DNA of 64,000 nucleotides from Heterodontus francisci (taxonomy: Eukaryota), in NCBI RefSeq assembly GCF_036365525.1, contig NC_090404.1, positions 40,047,497 to 40,111,496 on the forward strand, written 5' to 3'. The position numbers and the translations under genes were made by a program. Below, piece by piece: positions 13,771 to 24,908 of the stretch. Position 1 is the stretch's first letter; each line of letters begins with the position of its first letter. The notes beneath the pieces were generated by a model. The model made no database searches, was not told the origin of the DNA, and worked only from the letters and a program-made list of their open reading frames with translations.

Positions 13771-14194
13771 TTATGAAATGTCGAGAGATGACAACACAAA
13801 TCAAAGCTGCTGGTATGTTTCTATTAATGCAGCGGAAGCCAAACTTGGGGCTCATGGTTACCACGGGGTCGCGGCTCCATTTGCCACAGCAAAGGAATTA
13901 GAGTTTTCAGTCGTAATTATTTGAAAGAGCGGTTTTTACTGCATTCGCTGTGTCAAGCTGATATACATGCATGGATGCTGTTACTATTATAGTATTAACA
14001 TATCACCATTTCTTTAAACTGAGTAAGGATGGAAATGCGATCAGCTTGAATGCAAACAAACCCAACACAGCTAACGTGAAGTCTGTTCTGTATAACTCTA
14101 CTGAACTGTTCATGTTAATTGGATGCAGATTTTCCAGTGTGACTACGGATGTGGGAAACAAAATGCAACAGCCCATGGTGAGTTATACTCACTG

Positions 14195-14250
14195 CTCATG
14201 GTCTCTCAAGCCGCCCTATGCAAATCAGCCGAGTCTCCACAGGTTTATAA
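14195..14250 (+). promoter_or_regulatory. IgNAR V promoter: octamer ATGCAAAT (14218-14225), TATA-like TTTATAA (14244-14250), upstream CTCATGG heptamer-like motif (14195-14201)
   Basis: Exact Ig octamer ~120 bp upstream of the leader ATG with a TATA-like box 19 bp downstream of it; this layout matches Ig V promoters. Confidence 0.8.
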
Positions 14251-14344
14251 GGTCGGTGTTCAGACACACACCGTTACACAGAACAGTCAGTGCTGAGGTC
14301 TGGAGCTCACTTTGTTTAAATTGTTCCCTGCTGGTGAACAAACC

Positions 14345-14387
14345 ATGAATATTGTTTGGGTTTCGATCCTTTTAACCTGGTTACCAA
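14345..14387 (+). CDS. IgNAR: IgNAR leader exon L1 (MNIVWVSILLTWLP, phase 1)
   Basis: ACCATG start, hydrophobic 14-codon signal peptide resembling IgNAR leaders, donor A|GTAAGT at 14388; splices in frame to the V exon. Confidence 0.93.
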
Positions 14388-14527
14388 GTAAGTGCTGTTT
14401 ATTAAAGAGATTAAATGTTAATTGCATAAAACTGCGTGGCTGTGTGACATTGTGGAAATTGTCTTACCTTTAAACTCTTGTATTGTTTCAGACAAGCGAT
14501 GTACTAAATATATTTTTCTCCATTCAG

Positions 14528-14815
14528 ATGCCTTCACTACAAGAGTGGACCAAACACCAAGAACGGCAACGAGAGAGACAGGCGAATCCCTGAGCATTAA
14601 CTGCGTCCTCACTGATACTAGCCATATTTTGTTCGGCACAAAATGGTTCTGGAATAATCCGGGTTCAACAGATTGGGAAAGCATAACGATTGGCGGACGA
14701 TATGTTGAATCAGTCAACAACCAAGCAAAGTCATTTTCTCTGCAAATCAAGGACCTGACAGTTGAAGACAGTGGCACCTATTACTGCAAAGCGCAAACCA
14801 TAGGAAGACGCAAAC
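14528..14815 (+). CDS. IgNAR: IgNAR V exon (L2 + VNAR, germline, unrearranged; only the canonical Cys pair, type IIb/IV-like)
   Basis: Acceptor TTTTTCTCCATTCAG|; translation (N)[95 protein letters not shown]. Typical VNAR framework with the CDR2 deletion; followed by an RSS. Confidence 0.97.
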
Positions 14816-14853
14816 CACAGTTATGTGTCTGAGCTTTCACCAATACAAAAACA
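14816..14853 (+). other. V 3' recombination signal sequence (23-class, 22-bp spacer)
   Basis: Heptamer CACAGTT 14816-14822, 22-bp spacer, nonamer ACAAAAACA 14845-14853. Confidence 0.92.
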
Positions 14854-15042
14854 TTTTCCAATCTCCAAGGGAAGAAAATACGAATTGTTTCGCTCTTTTC
14901 ACTGAAACTTAATTTGCAGCATTGATTCTGAGACTGGAGATGATTTGCAAATAGCTGGTGACAGACCGCGCAGCAAAGACCCCCAAACGGGACAGTTGGA
15001 TATGCAGAGCCGCTGTTGAACTTACATTTATGCAAGTAAACC

Positions 15043-15125
15043 TGTTTTTGCACTGAGCTGTACCACTGTGTCGATACTTCAGTAACCACAGCAATCGAAG
15101 AGCTGGTTCCTGTCATACACAAACT
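15043..15125 (+). other. IgNAR: IgNAR D1 segment (coding 15071-15086, TCGATACTTCAGTAAC) with 12/23 RSS
   Basis: TGTTTTTGC-12bp-CACTGTG | 16-nt D | CACAGCA-23bp-ACACAAACT. Confidence 0.93.
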
Positions 15126-15314
15126 ATGAAAACACTATTTTCATTGGAACAATGGCAATATTTCTCTGATGCTGAAGTATGAAGAGTAGATACTCAGTAT
15201 TTTGGAGGGATAACACTCTTCATTCTCAGAAAACCTTGGCAAAATGTATTATTTCGGGAATCCGGATTGCAGCATGCATCTCGACCTGAGTCACTTGTAT
15301 TGATGTACATGAGA

Positions 15315-15395
15315 CCTTTTTGCACTGATCTCTGTGACAGTGTGACTTGGTGAACACCACAGTAATGAATCTTGAATTCCCGCAATACATAAACT
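15315..15395 (+). other. IgNAR: IgNAR D2 segment (coding 15345-15357, ACTTGGTGAACAC) with 14/22 RSS
   Basis: CCTTTTTGC-14bp-CAGTGTG | 13-nt D | CACAGTA-22bp-ACATAAACT; flanks are paralogous to D1. Confidence 0.88.
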
Positions 15396-15721
15396 GTCCC
15401 CACTCTTCTTATTAAGAAGGAAATGCAAATTACCCTCTGAATGGCCAAGAAACCTCACGGTTAAATATTCCTTGTCTCTGTCAGACACTGGCTTGTATAT
15501 TAAAGCCTTTTCTTTATTCATTGAGGTGATTATTTTATAATTGTTATCATATATTGATAATAGAGCATTGATGTTTCTCCAGGATTTGTATGAGTGGCTG
15601 AGAGTTATAAACGTCTAATGGGATTCCAATATAGAGGCAATGATTTAAATCATATTTACTGCATCTTTCAACCAGTACCTTGGAATATCTGAAGGATTTT
15701 CTGTGATGTTTGCAACATTGG

Positions 15722-15789
15722 ATTTCTTGTGCTGGTGTGAAATGATGTGTAGCTGCGATGACACAGTGATTCAGGCAACAGCACAAACC
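15722..15789 (+). other. IgNAR: IgNAR D3 segment (coding 15750-15761, TAGCTGCGATGA) with 12/12 RSS
   Basis: ATTTCTTGT-12bp-TGATGTG | 12-nt D | CACAGTG-12bp-GCACAAACC. Confidence 0.9.
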
Positions 15790-16102
15790 TCTCAGACAGT
15801 TATTTCCTTGACTATTAGTGAATGTGGCTGCATAATGCGATTTCTTCCTCATCGTTGCTACTACACAGAGTTTGAAATCAATTTTAGGTCGACCTTTGTT
15901 TGAAATCTATCCTCATTCTCCGATGTTAAATCAGCGGATTGTTTTTTTCAGAGCTACAGGAGTTTGCATTGCACATAGAAAATAGCTGGATGGATAGCAA
16001 CTGACAGGAAAATGAAGATTTATTGATCACTAATATATTCGAATGATCCTTTTGATCGGTGTTACTTTGTTATATTTATTAACGGACATTTGGTTCATTG
16101 AC

Positions 16103-16141
16103 CCTTTTTGAACAGGGCTGACTGGGAGCTGACTGACTGTG
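16103..16141 (-). other. J 5' recombination signal sequence (23-bp spacer)
   Basis: CCTTTTTGA (16103-16111)-23bp-GACTGTG (16135-16141) directly upstream of the J coding sequence. Confidence 0.9.
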
Positions 16142-16191
16142 TAGCTCCAGTGACTACGACGGAGCTGGCACCGTGCTGACTGTGAACTCTG
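16142..16191 (+). CDS. IgNAR: IgNAR J segment (SSSDYDGAGTVLTVNS)
   Basis: YDGAGTVLTVN VNAR FR4 motif; phase-1 donor G|GTAAGT at 16192. Confidence 0.96.
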
Positions 16192-17314
16192 GTAAGTCAC
16201 CTCTCTTGCTACTTTATCACTAAAATCTTTTCGATAGAGGATTAGAAAATTCAGTGCTCTCGTTCAAAATCGCCTGAACATAAAACGCAATAGCTACAGT
16301 TTTTCAACTGACTCGGTTAGGTTAGCTCTCAGTTAATTTGGCTTAAAATTATAATATATTTTTCAAAAGCGATTTTACCCAAGAATAAATTGAACATGGA
16401 TTTAATTCTGTAATTTACCTCTCATGTATGACTTTAGGTACTGATTTGAATAGATGATGTTAGTTTTAACAGATAAAGCTGACCGAGTCTTCTGAAGTTA
16501 CTTCCTTACAGAGCTGTCCCTGTATATCCTTAATGTAAACTATTTCTGATTCATAAATTAATGCAATTCTGGGGCGAGAGAAATTTTCTCCAAGCAAGGA
16601 GTGGATGAAATTGTATAAACTGCTGTTTACGAATTCCGTGCCGCTTCTAAAAACCTTTTTGTATAAAAGAGTATCTGTTCAGTTAATATCGGCACACAAC
16701 CTGCAAGTACGAATTCTGACATTTGTGACTCTGGATTAAAGGCGCACATGTCAGCGACCTAGAAAGTGACCCATTGTCGGGACGAAATTGATCTCATCCT
16801 GTCGCGCAAAACGGGGGATAGTGAATGGACAGCCTGTTAAACAAGGCGGCAGCTATTTTCACTCATTGACTTGGAAAACGTTGCCAAGGTTTTAATTTCA
16901 AACTAAGAAAAGTATCAACGAAACTATCGAGCTTCCAAAAGAGCTTGAACTGTGAACCACAGTGGAAAGTCTGAGACCTGGTGAAAAACCAACTGCCGAT
17001 TCACGATGAGCCGCTGTTGCGCTGCTGATGTAGACAATTTCACCCCCGAGACTGTTATTCTGTTGGAATCCTGTGTACATGGAAACCACTTCCCTGGACA
17101 CCCATGTTTCAGCTAATAGGAGGGCTCTGTGTATAAGACTACAGTAGGTTACTGTGTAAAAAGTAGGTTCTCTTTTAAAATATGTGTTTGGAAATGAAAT
17201 AAGTGGTCTCTTTATTTACTGCTTTAAGGAGAATAGTGACGTCTTGATTTACTTACTTATTTTAAATTTGAGGAAGCAGTCTATTTATTTGGAATCTGAG
17301 TGCTCCATATTCAT

Positions 17315-17470
17315 GTTGGGCGGTGATGTAAAACGAGTGGGATCGGATCGGCCGCCCGTTCTATGCAGCGCTTGATATTAAATTCCATTGTCAACAATGG
17401 AACTGAATATCAGGCGCCGCCTTTAACAGGTGCCTGATCCGATAAAGCCTGTTCTGCGCCATCACCTGAG
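17315..17470. repeat. Imperfect ~150-bp palindrome (MITE-like hairpin) in the J-C1 intron
   Basis: Centre TTCCATTG-TCAA-CAATGGAA; arms GCGCTTGATAT/ATATCAGGCGC and TCGGATCGG/CTGATCCGA. Confidence 0.7.
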
Positions 17471-19679
17471 AAGAATTTCTAGCCCATTGTATTTGAAGGT
17501 GAACAGTGAGATACAGATTAGACTAGAAACATTGCTAAGGTGCAGCTTTTATCGCAGAGTTAGAACATGTCACTTATCAAAAGGAAAATCTCTCGAAGAA
17601 GGCAGGAGAGTGGATGGTGAGAAAAGCCGATTGGGTCCATTTCACGCCTCGATACATGATGTTCCACAATGGAATTACCTCCCAAAACAACCGATACCTC
17701 CCAGTTTAAATAAAAAGCAAAAAACTGTCAGCTTTCCGATGTGATATTCCAGGACCAACCACCTAATTCTGTCCGCTACATTAATTCAGAGGTTAATCTG
17801 TTTATTTAAAAGTGGTTGCAGAATACTGAACTTAGGAAAATCAAGCGTTAAGCGTGGTTCCCTGAGATGAACAATGGTGATATTTCGAACTAATTTCATT
17901 CTTTGCCTCCTCGGCCTGAATACAACAAGTAAAGCAATGGTATTAATATCTGTCAATGGTATTCACATTCACACTATCATAGGCAAATCATTTTATGTGA
18001 TCTTCCAACTTGCCCAATGATTAAGAATTTACTACTTGCGTTGTTGGTGTTGGTCATTTTCCAGCTAATTAATTTGTTTATTTCCACTTTGTCATTTTAT
18101 TACTTGCTCTTTGATTGTTTTAAAAAGATGTATATATTTTTCAACCAGTCTTTTGTAAAAGAAAATCACATATGATTGGAGATTTATCGATTTTTCCGTG
18201 ATTTTATTTTTCGCTGCCAATATTTTCTAGACTCCTGAACGAGCCCCGCCCAACTCTGCCTATGTTGTGTGCCTTGAATATTTAAATTATATCTGCTTGT
18301 TTGTATACTTCACCCTAACACAGCAGAGCACAAAATCTCTCTGGCTCACAGCACATATTGTAAATTCCATTGGGTGCTTCGGAATGTTTTGAACCTATTT
18401 GTTTTACCGATTGCCAAATCCTCGAATTCTGCCGTGATTTTACTGAACTAGTCCCAGCCTTCCACTGTCCCACAGACCAGTTTGCTCTGTGTCTCACTTT
18501 TCTTCATTCAAATGAACGGGAACATCGCACTCCCAGTACCCGCTTTTCAGTCCATTGAAACTTATGGCGTTGGGATTGTGCAAATTCCAGATCTGTGCTA
18601 GAAGTGCATAATCGTAAATCATGCCCCATAGTTAATTTCTTGGCCACCTGTAACAGACTGATGCAGAATCCATCTTTTCCCATTGATCCAGTTCTGAGGA
18701 AAGTTTCACAATTTATTTTCACTTCAACACTTCCTATAGTTCCAAAATAAGTTTTATTCACAATTTCTTGAAACCCACATTGTTAGAATTCTCAACTATA
18801 ACAATATTTATTCAGCAATAGTCAAATTATAAACAGATCCCTCAAATCAGCAATAATGGCCTTAATTTATGTCGTGACTTTAATTTAATTCGAGACACAG
18901 GGTTCAGTACTGAGGGAGGATTTAGAAGTAGGAAAAAGCGAGATGAAGACAAGTAGAAGAATTTTAAATTGGAAACATAGGGAAGTAATGAATATCAGCG
19001 AGGACAGGACTGATGGTTGATTGGAACTTGGTGCAGCTGGTGACTGTTGGGTAAACTGATGTTTCTGCATTGCAGGAAATAAAGCTGATAAAGGCATGCA
19101 GGAAGGGATCAGTTGCAAATTGTCTGTGGTAGTATTGCGGGCAGGTGATGATAGAGACTGAAGTGGGCGTTCATTGTGTTGAGAGAATAGGGGGTGAAAG
19201 GATATGAGGTTCTGGTATGAAGAGGATGTAGAGACTGTGAACAGTCTGCTTGTGCCGAAGACAGTGGTCAGGTAGGCCGATAGAACCAATGGTTAGGTAA
19301 CAGAGTTAACGACAGGGCCAATTAACAGAGCTAAATCTAACCTAAACAGTTTGTTTAATAGTGTGTCACATTTATATTGAGAAGAAACAATCCCAAACTA
19401 GCGTAATAAAGAGATTATCAGTTCCAACCTTGCTTTTACATTATTCCTAGTATATTCACTGAAACGGTCAGAAGTGACATCAAATTAACACTTTGTAATT
19501 TTATAATGTTTTCCTCATTTGACAGAAGATTCTGATTTACTGCTGATGAATGAATTAACAATTCATAAATGGCCACTCTTCTCGGTCACGTTTCTCCATA
19601 TTGGTTCGTTCTGAACCATCCTGTTGTACTATGTATACCTTGCATCATTGTCTTTGTCGATAACCTGCAAGCTTGCAAT

Positions 19680-21770
19680 GACTGAATGTTAGATGTGAGG
19701 ATTCCGAAAATCTAACGATTAGTATTGGAGATTAGTTTGAACAGAAGTAGATATTGGATTGTAATCAAAAATTGGTCGGTAAAACAGTAAGCATAACAGG
19801 AAGTCTTCAAAGATGGGATGTTTCGGCAATAGGGTTGGTGCATTTCCAAGAGAGGCAAGGGAAGAGCATCCAAAGATAGAGCTCCATGAAAGAGTAAAGC
19901 TGCAGTGTTAAAATGATACTAAACCGGAAGCTTATGATAATTCAGTAGAGAAGCAAGCTGAGTATAGGAAGTGCAGGGAGAACTGAAAAAGGGAATGGAG
20001 GTGAAAAGAAAGAGTATAAGATTAACAGCTAAAATAAAAGGGAACTCAAAAGTCTTTTATAAACTTATGAATAGTAAAATGATTGTCAAATGAAGGGTGG
20101 AACTGATTAGGGACCAAAACATATATTTTTGTGGAGTTAGAGGGCTTGGCTGAGGTACTAAATAAATAATTGCCATTTATCTTTACTAAAAATGAGGATG
20201 CTGCCAATGTCACAGCAAATGAGGATGTAGTGGAGAAAATAGGTTAAAATAGATAAAGATGTGATAATTAAAATGTTGGCAAAGCTTCAAGTAAAAAGTC
20301 ACCTGGACGGAATCCAATGCATCCTAACTTGTTACGGGAAATAAGGGTGAGCATAGCCGAGGTTCTGGCCGCAATATTCCATTCCTCCTCAGATATTGGA
20401 ATGGTCCCATAGGACTGGAGAACATAAAATGTTAGACCTTTGTCCGAAATGTGAAGAGTTATAAACCCGACGACTGCAGCCAGTCAGCCTAATGTAGGTG
20501 ATTGAGAAATTTTTAGAGGCAATAATGTGAGGCAAAATAAATTGACACTTGGGAAAATAAGGGTTAATAATTGATAGCATCTCAGATTTGTTAAAGACAA
20601 ATCGTGCTTAACTAATTTGGTTCAGTTCATTGATGGTGTATTGGAAAATGTTGATGAGGGTAGTGTGAATGATGTTGATGTAAATTGAAATTCAAAAGTT
20701 GTTTTGATAAAGTACCACATAATAGACTTGTTAACAAATTTTAAGTCCATGGGATTTTGGGGGCAGTGACTGCGTTGGTACGAGATTAGCCAAGAAACAC
20801 AAAGCGGGGAGTAGTTGTATACAATTATCTTTCGAACTGAAAACTAGCATACAGTGGTGCCACCCAGCATTATTAATACTACTGCTCTTTTGGATATAAA
20901 TTAATGACCTGGACTAGAGGATACAGGGCTAATCTCAAAGTTTGGAGATGACTTGAAACTTGCTATTGTAGAAAACAGTGACGTAAATATAGACTGATTG
21001 ATCAAAAAGGCAGACACATGGCAGGTACAATTGAATGAAGAGACGTGTTAAGTGCTGCATTTTGGTAGAAAGAATGAGGAGAGACAATATAAACTAAATG
21101 ATACAATTTTTAGGGGGTGCAGGAACGGAGAGACCTGGGTCTGCATGTACACAAATAGTTGAAGGTGGCATTTATCATCAGAGATATAGATTACAAATGC
21201 ATGGAAGCTATGCTGGATCTTAAAAGTTAATGGTTAGGCCCCAACTGGAATTATGTGACCATTTTATGAACCGCACTTAAGGAAGGATATTAAACCCTTA
21301 GGAAGGGTGCAAAGGAAATTTACAACAATGGAACCAGTGATGTTAGTTATGAGGAAGCTTTATTGAAACTGGGATTGTTCCTCTTGGAGCAGGGCATGTT
21401 AAGGCAAGATGTAATGGAGATGCTAAAATCCCGAAGTGTTTTGATAGAATAGTTCCGGACAAACTGTTTTCAGTGGCAGAGACGTCAGGAACACGTGGAC
21501 ACAGAGTGAAGAAAAGGAACTGGAGGAGAGATAGAGAGCTTTTTATGCATTGAGTTGTTACGATCTGAAATGCACTGCCTGAAAGCCTAGTGGAAGCTGA
21601 TTCAATTGCAACTTCCAAAGGTAAATTGGATAAAAACGTAAAGGGAGAAAATTGCAGAGCTGTGGAGGAAAAGCAGGGAGGACTAATTGGACAGTTCCTT
21701 CAAAGAGCCAGGCACAGGCACTATCATGGAATAATCTCCTTCTGTGTTGTATCATTTGGTGTCTCTATGA
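19680..21770 (+). mobile_element. Old, heavily mutated CR1 LINE in the J-C1 intron
   Basis: Degenerate RT region (AAGTCACCTGG, GATAAAGTACCACAT, AAGTTTGGAGATGAC) and CR1 3' UTR/tail. Confidence 0.8.
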
Positions 21771-21814
21771 TTACAGATGCTCTAAGTTTTATAATGTTGC
21801 TTCTTATCTGGCTG

Positions 21815-23740
21815 CCAATGGTGGGACGATGGAAATCAGAGATGGGCAAGAGACCAGGATTGTAGAAGGACAGAGATCGCGGAGGGTTTTAATGTTGGAG
21901 AAGGTTTCAGAGACGGACATGAGAATTTGACCACAAGGATGATAATTTTAAATTCGAAGTGTTGTACAACTGGAAGCAAATGTATGTCACTAAGCACAGG
22001 AGTGATGCATGAACAGGACTTGGTGCGAGTTAGTATCCAGGCAACAGAACTTTGGATCAGCTCAATTTTATGGAGGATGAAAGGTGGGAGGCCGGCTTGG
22101 AGAGATTGGAATAGGCGAGGCTGCAGATAGGCGGAGGCAGGGGCGGAGGCAGGAAATCTTACAGATGTGGACGTAAACGGCGTTTGCAGTGATGAGGATA
22201 TGGGATCAGAAGTTTATCTCAGGGTCAAATCTGACATCCAGGTTAAGAACAGACTGGTTCCACCTCAGACAGTGACGGCAAAAGACTGAAGTCAGTTCGG
22301 GAGCAAGTGAAATTTGGGAACTTTTCATGAGAACAAACTATAACAGACATACAAATTATGAGAGCAAAATACTGTGGATGCTGGAAATCTGAAATAAAAA
22401 CAAGAAATGCTGGAAACACTCAGCAGGTCTGGCAGCACCTGTGGAGACAGAGGCTGAGTTAACGTTTCAGGTCAGTGACTCTTCTTCGGAACCCAGTCTT
22501 TGGCTGTTGGAGGAAACTGGAACACCCAACTGAAACCCACACGGTCACAGGGAGAACTTGTAAACTCCACCCAGGCAGTACCCAGAACTAAACCCAGGTC
22601 GCTGGAGCTGTGAGGCTGCGATGCTAACCATTGCGCTGCTGCGCCACCCGCTCTGTTTCAAAAACAATTCCCTGTAAAGTTAAGAAATCAAATTGCTCCA
22701 TAAGCACACAAATCAAAACAGATGATTGGTAACAAACAACAACAACAACAACTTGCATTTATATAGCTCTTTTTAATGTAACAGAATGTACAAGGCACCT
22801 CACAAAAACGTTATAAACCAAAATTTGACAACGACCCACATAAGGTGATATTACAGTGCATGGCCAAAAGCTTGGTCAAGGAGAAAGGTTTTAAGGAGTA
22901 TCTGAAAGAAATAAAGAGAGGTAAAGAGGCAGAGAAAATTAGGAGGGAATTCAGAAAGGCAGCTGAAGGCATGGACACCAACTGTGGAACAATTAAGATC
23001 GGCGCTGCTCAAGAGGCCAGAATTAGATGAACGCAGATACCTCAGAGTGTTATGGAAATGGAGGAGATTAGAGAGGTAAGGATGGGCGAGGCCATGAGGG
23101 ACTTGAAGGCAGTGATGAGAATTTTCAAATCAAAGCGTTGGTTGATCGAGGCACAATGTAGGTCAGCCAGCACAATGATGGTGTGTGAACAGGACTTGGT
23201 GTGATTAAGAAACGGTCAGCAGAGTTTTGGATGACCTTACTTTTAGGGAGAATGGGCAGGAGTGCATTGCAACGGTCGAGACTATAAGGTAACATAGGCA
23301 TGAAGGACGTTTTCAGCAGCAGAAGAGCTGAGGCAGGGGCGAAGTCATGTCACGTTATGGAGGTGGAAATAGGCGGTTTTAGTGATGGAGAGTACAGATA
23401 TGTGGTCAGAAGCTGATCTACCAGTCAAATATAACAACAAAGTGGCAAACAGCTTGGTTTACCTTCAGACGGTTGCAAGGGAGAGAAATGAAGTCAGCAG
23501 CGAGGGAATGGACTTTACAGCAGGAACTGAAGACAATGGCTTTTGTCTTCCCAATATTTAGTTGGAGTAAATTTCTGCTTATCTACTATTGGATGTTGAA
23601 CTAACAGTCTGACAACTTAGAGACAGTGAAGGAGTCAAGAGAAGTGGTGGTGAGGGGGAGCTGGGTATCGTTAGCACACATGTAAAAACTATTGTGTCGC
23701 TGAAGGGCTGCATGTAGATAAGAAATACGAGGAGGAATGG
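21815..23740 (-). mobile_element. L2-type LINE fragments, with an HE1/V-SINE-like 5' fragment (~22498-22650) and a shark repeat (~22363-22490)
   Basis: L2-like tail (ACAACAACAACTTGCATTTATATAGC at ~22740) and G-rich L2 body; tRNA-like SINE head on the minus strand. Family names are from recalled consensus similarity. Confidence 0.6.
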
Positions 23741-24354
23741 GGGAAATAATAAATGATATACATTCAATATCTGACCATCACTGCACCCACATCAAGGGTG
23801 AGGATAATTTTGCCCCAGCGCATTGATCATTCTTTATTCAGAAATTAACAACTTATAAAAATAAATGAACGTTCATTCAATATCTAAACTCCTTTCTCCC
23901 AACACGTCCACTGTGATATCCCTACATTTCTTCCCAATTTCAATAGCCACAGCCACACCAACAGAAAATTGCAATGTGATAAACACAGAGGCATTGGATA
24001 AGTCGCAATGGCCCCTGGAAACCTCCTTTATCAGACTGGGGCCTTGGACTTGTCCTATCCCATAATATGTTTTCACGAACAAGCAATCCCTATATAACAC
24101 AACTCATAGAACAGCAATATATTGTGATCTTGAATGTAAATGGATCAGTGACATTTCAGAAGCAGTATTTTTTTTTTTAAAGTAATCTCTTATATGCCAT
24201 CTATTTGTATTAAACTTTGCTCAGGCAGTGCTTGCGAACCAATCATATTATCTTAAGAATCAATAGCTGGCCTCTAATTTTGAAAATATTTCACAGCAAT
24301 ACTAAGGAAAATAAAACAAATGACAATTAACCAGAGACCGTGATTTCAATAAAT

Positions 24355-24560
24355 AAATGAAGATTTGAATTTCTATCGGGTCTTTCACGTGCTCAGTACG
24401 TCCAAAGGCTTTTTGAAGAGTAGTCACTATTGGAATGTATGAAACGTGCACAGCAAGATCCCACAAATAGCAATGTGATAATGACGAGATCATTAGTTTT
24501 AGGTGTTGGGTGAAGGATAAATGATGGCCGGGACATGAGGGAAATGGTCTTTTCATAGTT
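24355..24560 (-). mobile_element. Ancient DeuSINE/AmnSINE-like remnant just upstream of C1
   Basis: GCAAGATCCCACAAATAGCAATGTGATAATGAC core, recalled as the Deu-domain consensus. Confidence 0.5.
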
Positions 24561-24593
24561 ATAGAAGGGAGTAAAATATCCTTGTAATTCTAG

Positions 24594-24908
24594 GACCTGC
24601 TCCACCAACCATCAGTCTCCTCTACTCTGCAAGTGACGAACAGAGAATAAAGGGGTTGGTACAACTGTTTTGCCTCATCAGTGAATACAAACCAGAAAGC
24701 ATTACAGTGAGCTGGGAGAAGAATGGAAACTCCATACAGTCTGGCTTTACCACCACATCCCCAACTAAAACATCGAATGGAGATTTTAGCTCCACAAGCA
24801 TCCTTAAAGTGCCCCTGCAGGAATGGAGTAGCGGTTCTGTGTACAGCTGCCAAGTATCCCATTCTGCAACCAACAGTGTACAGCGGAAAGACATTAGATC
24901 GAAATCAG
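24594..24908 (+). CDS. IgNAR: IgNAR constant exon C1
   Basis: TAG| acceptor, 315 nt, GPAPPTISLLYSASDEQRIKGLVQLFCLISEYKPESITVSWEKNG...EWSSGSVYSCQVSHSATNSVQRKDIRSKS, donor G|GTGAGG; C1-set Cys-Trp-Cys. Confidence 0.95.

Noticed and set aside
13931-13952. GGTTTTTAC...CGCTGTG RSS-like pair upstream of the promoter
   Set aside because: Spacer is only 6 bp.
14422-14832. ORF-track protein starting MHKTAWLC... that includes the V domain
   Set aside because: The N-terminal part is intron read-through and the C-terminal PQLCV is RSS; the real gene uses leader exon 14345-14387.
14785-15130. Simple germline-joined V-D1 explanation for the long V end
   Set aside because: Three separate RSS-flanked D segments are still present; only a fourth-D or duplication model remains.
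14345-16191. NAR-TCR or IgW/IgM assignment
   Set aside because: J splices to five IgNAR-type C exons with a secretory tail; there is no supporting TCR-delta V, and the V lacks CDR2.
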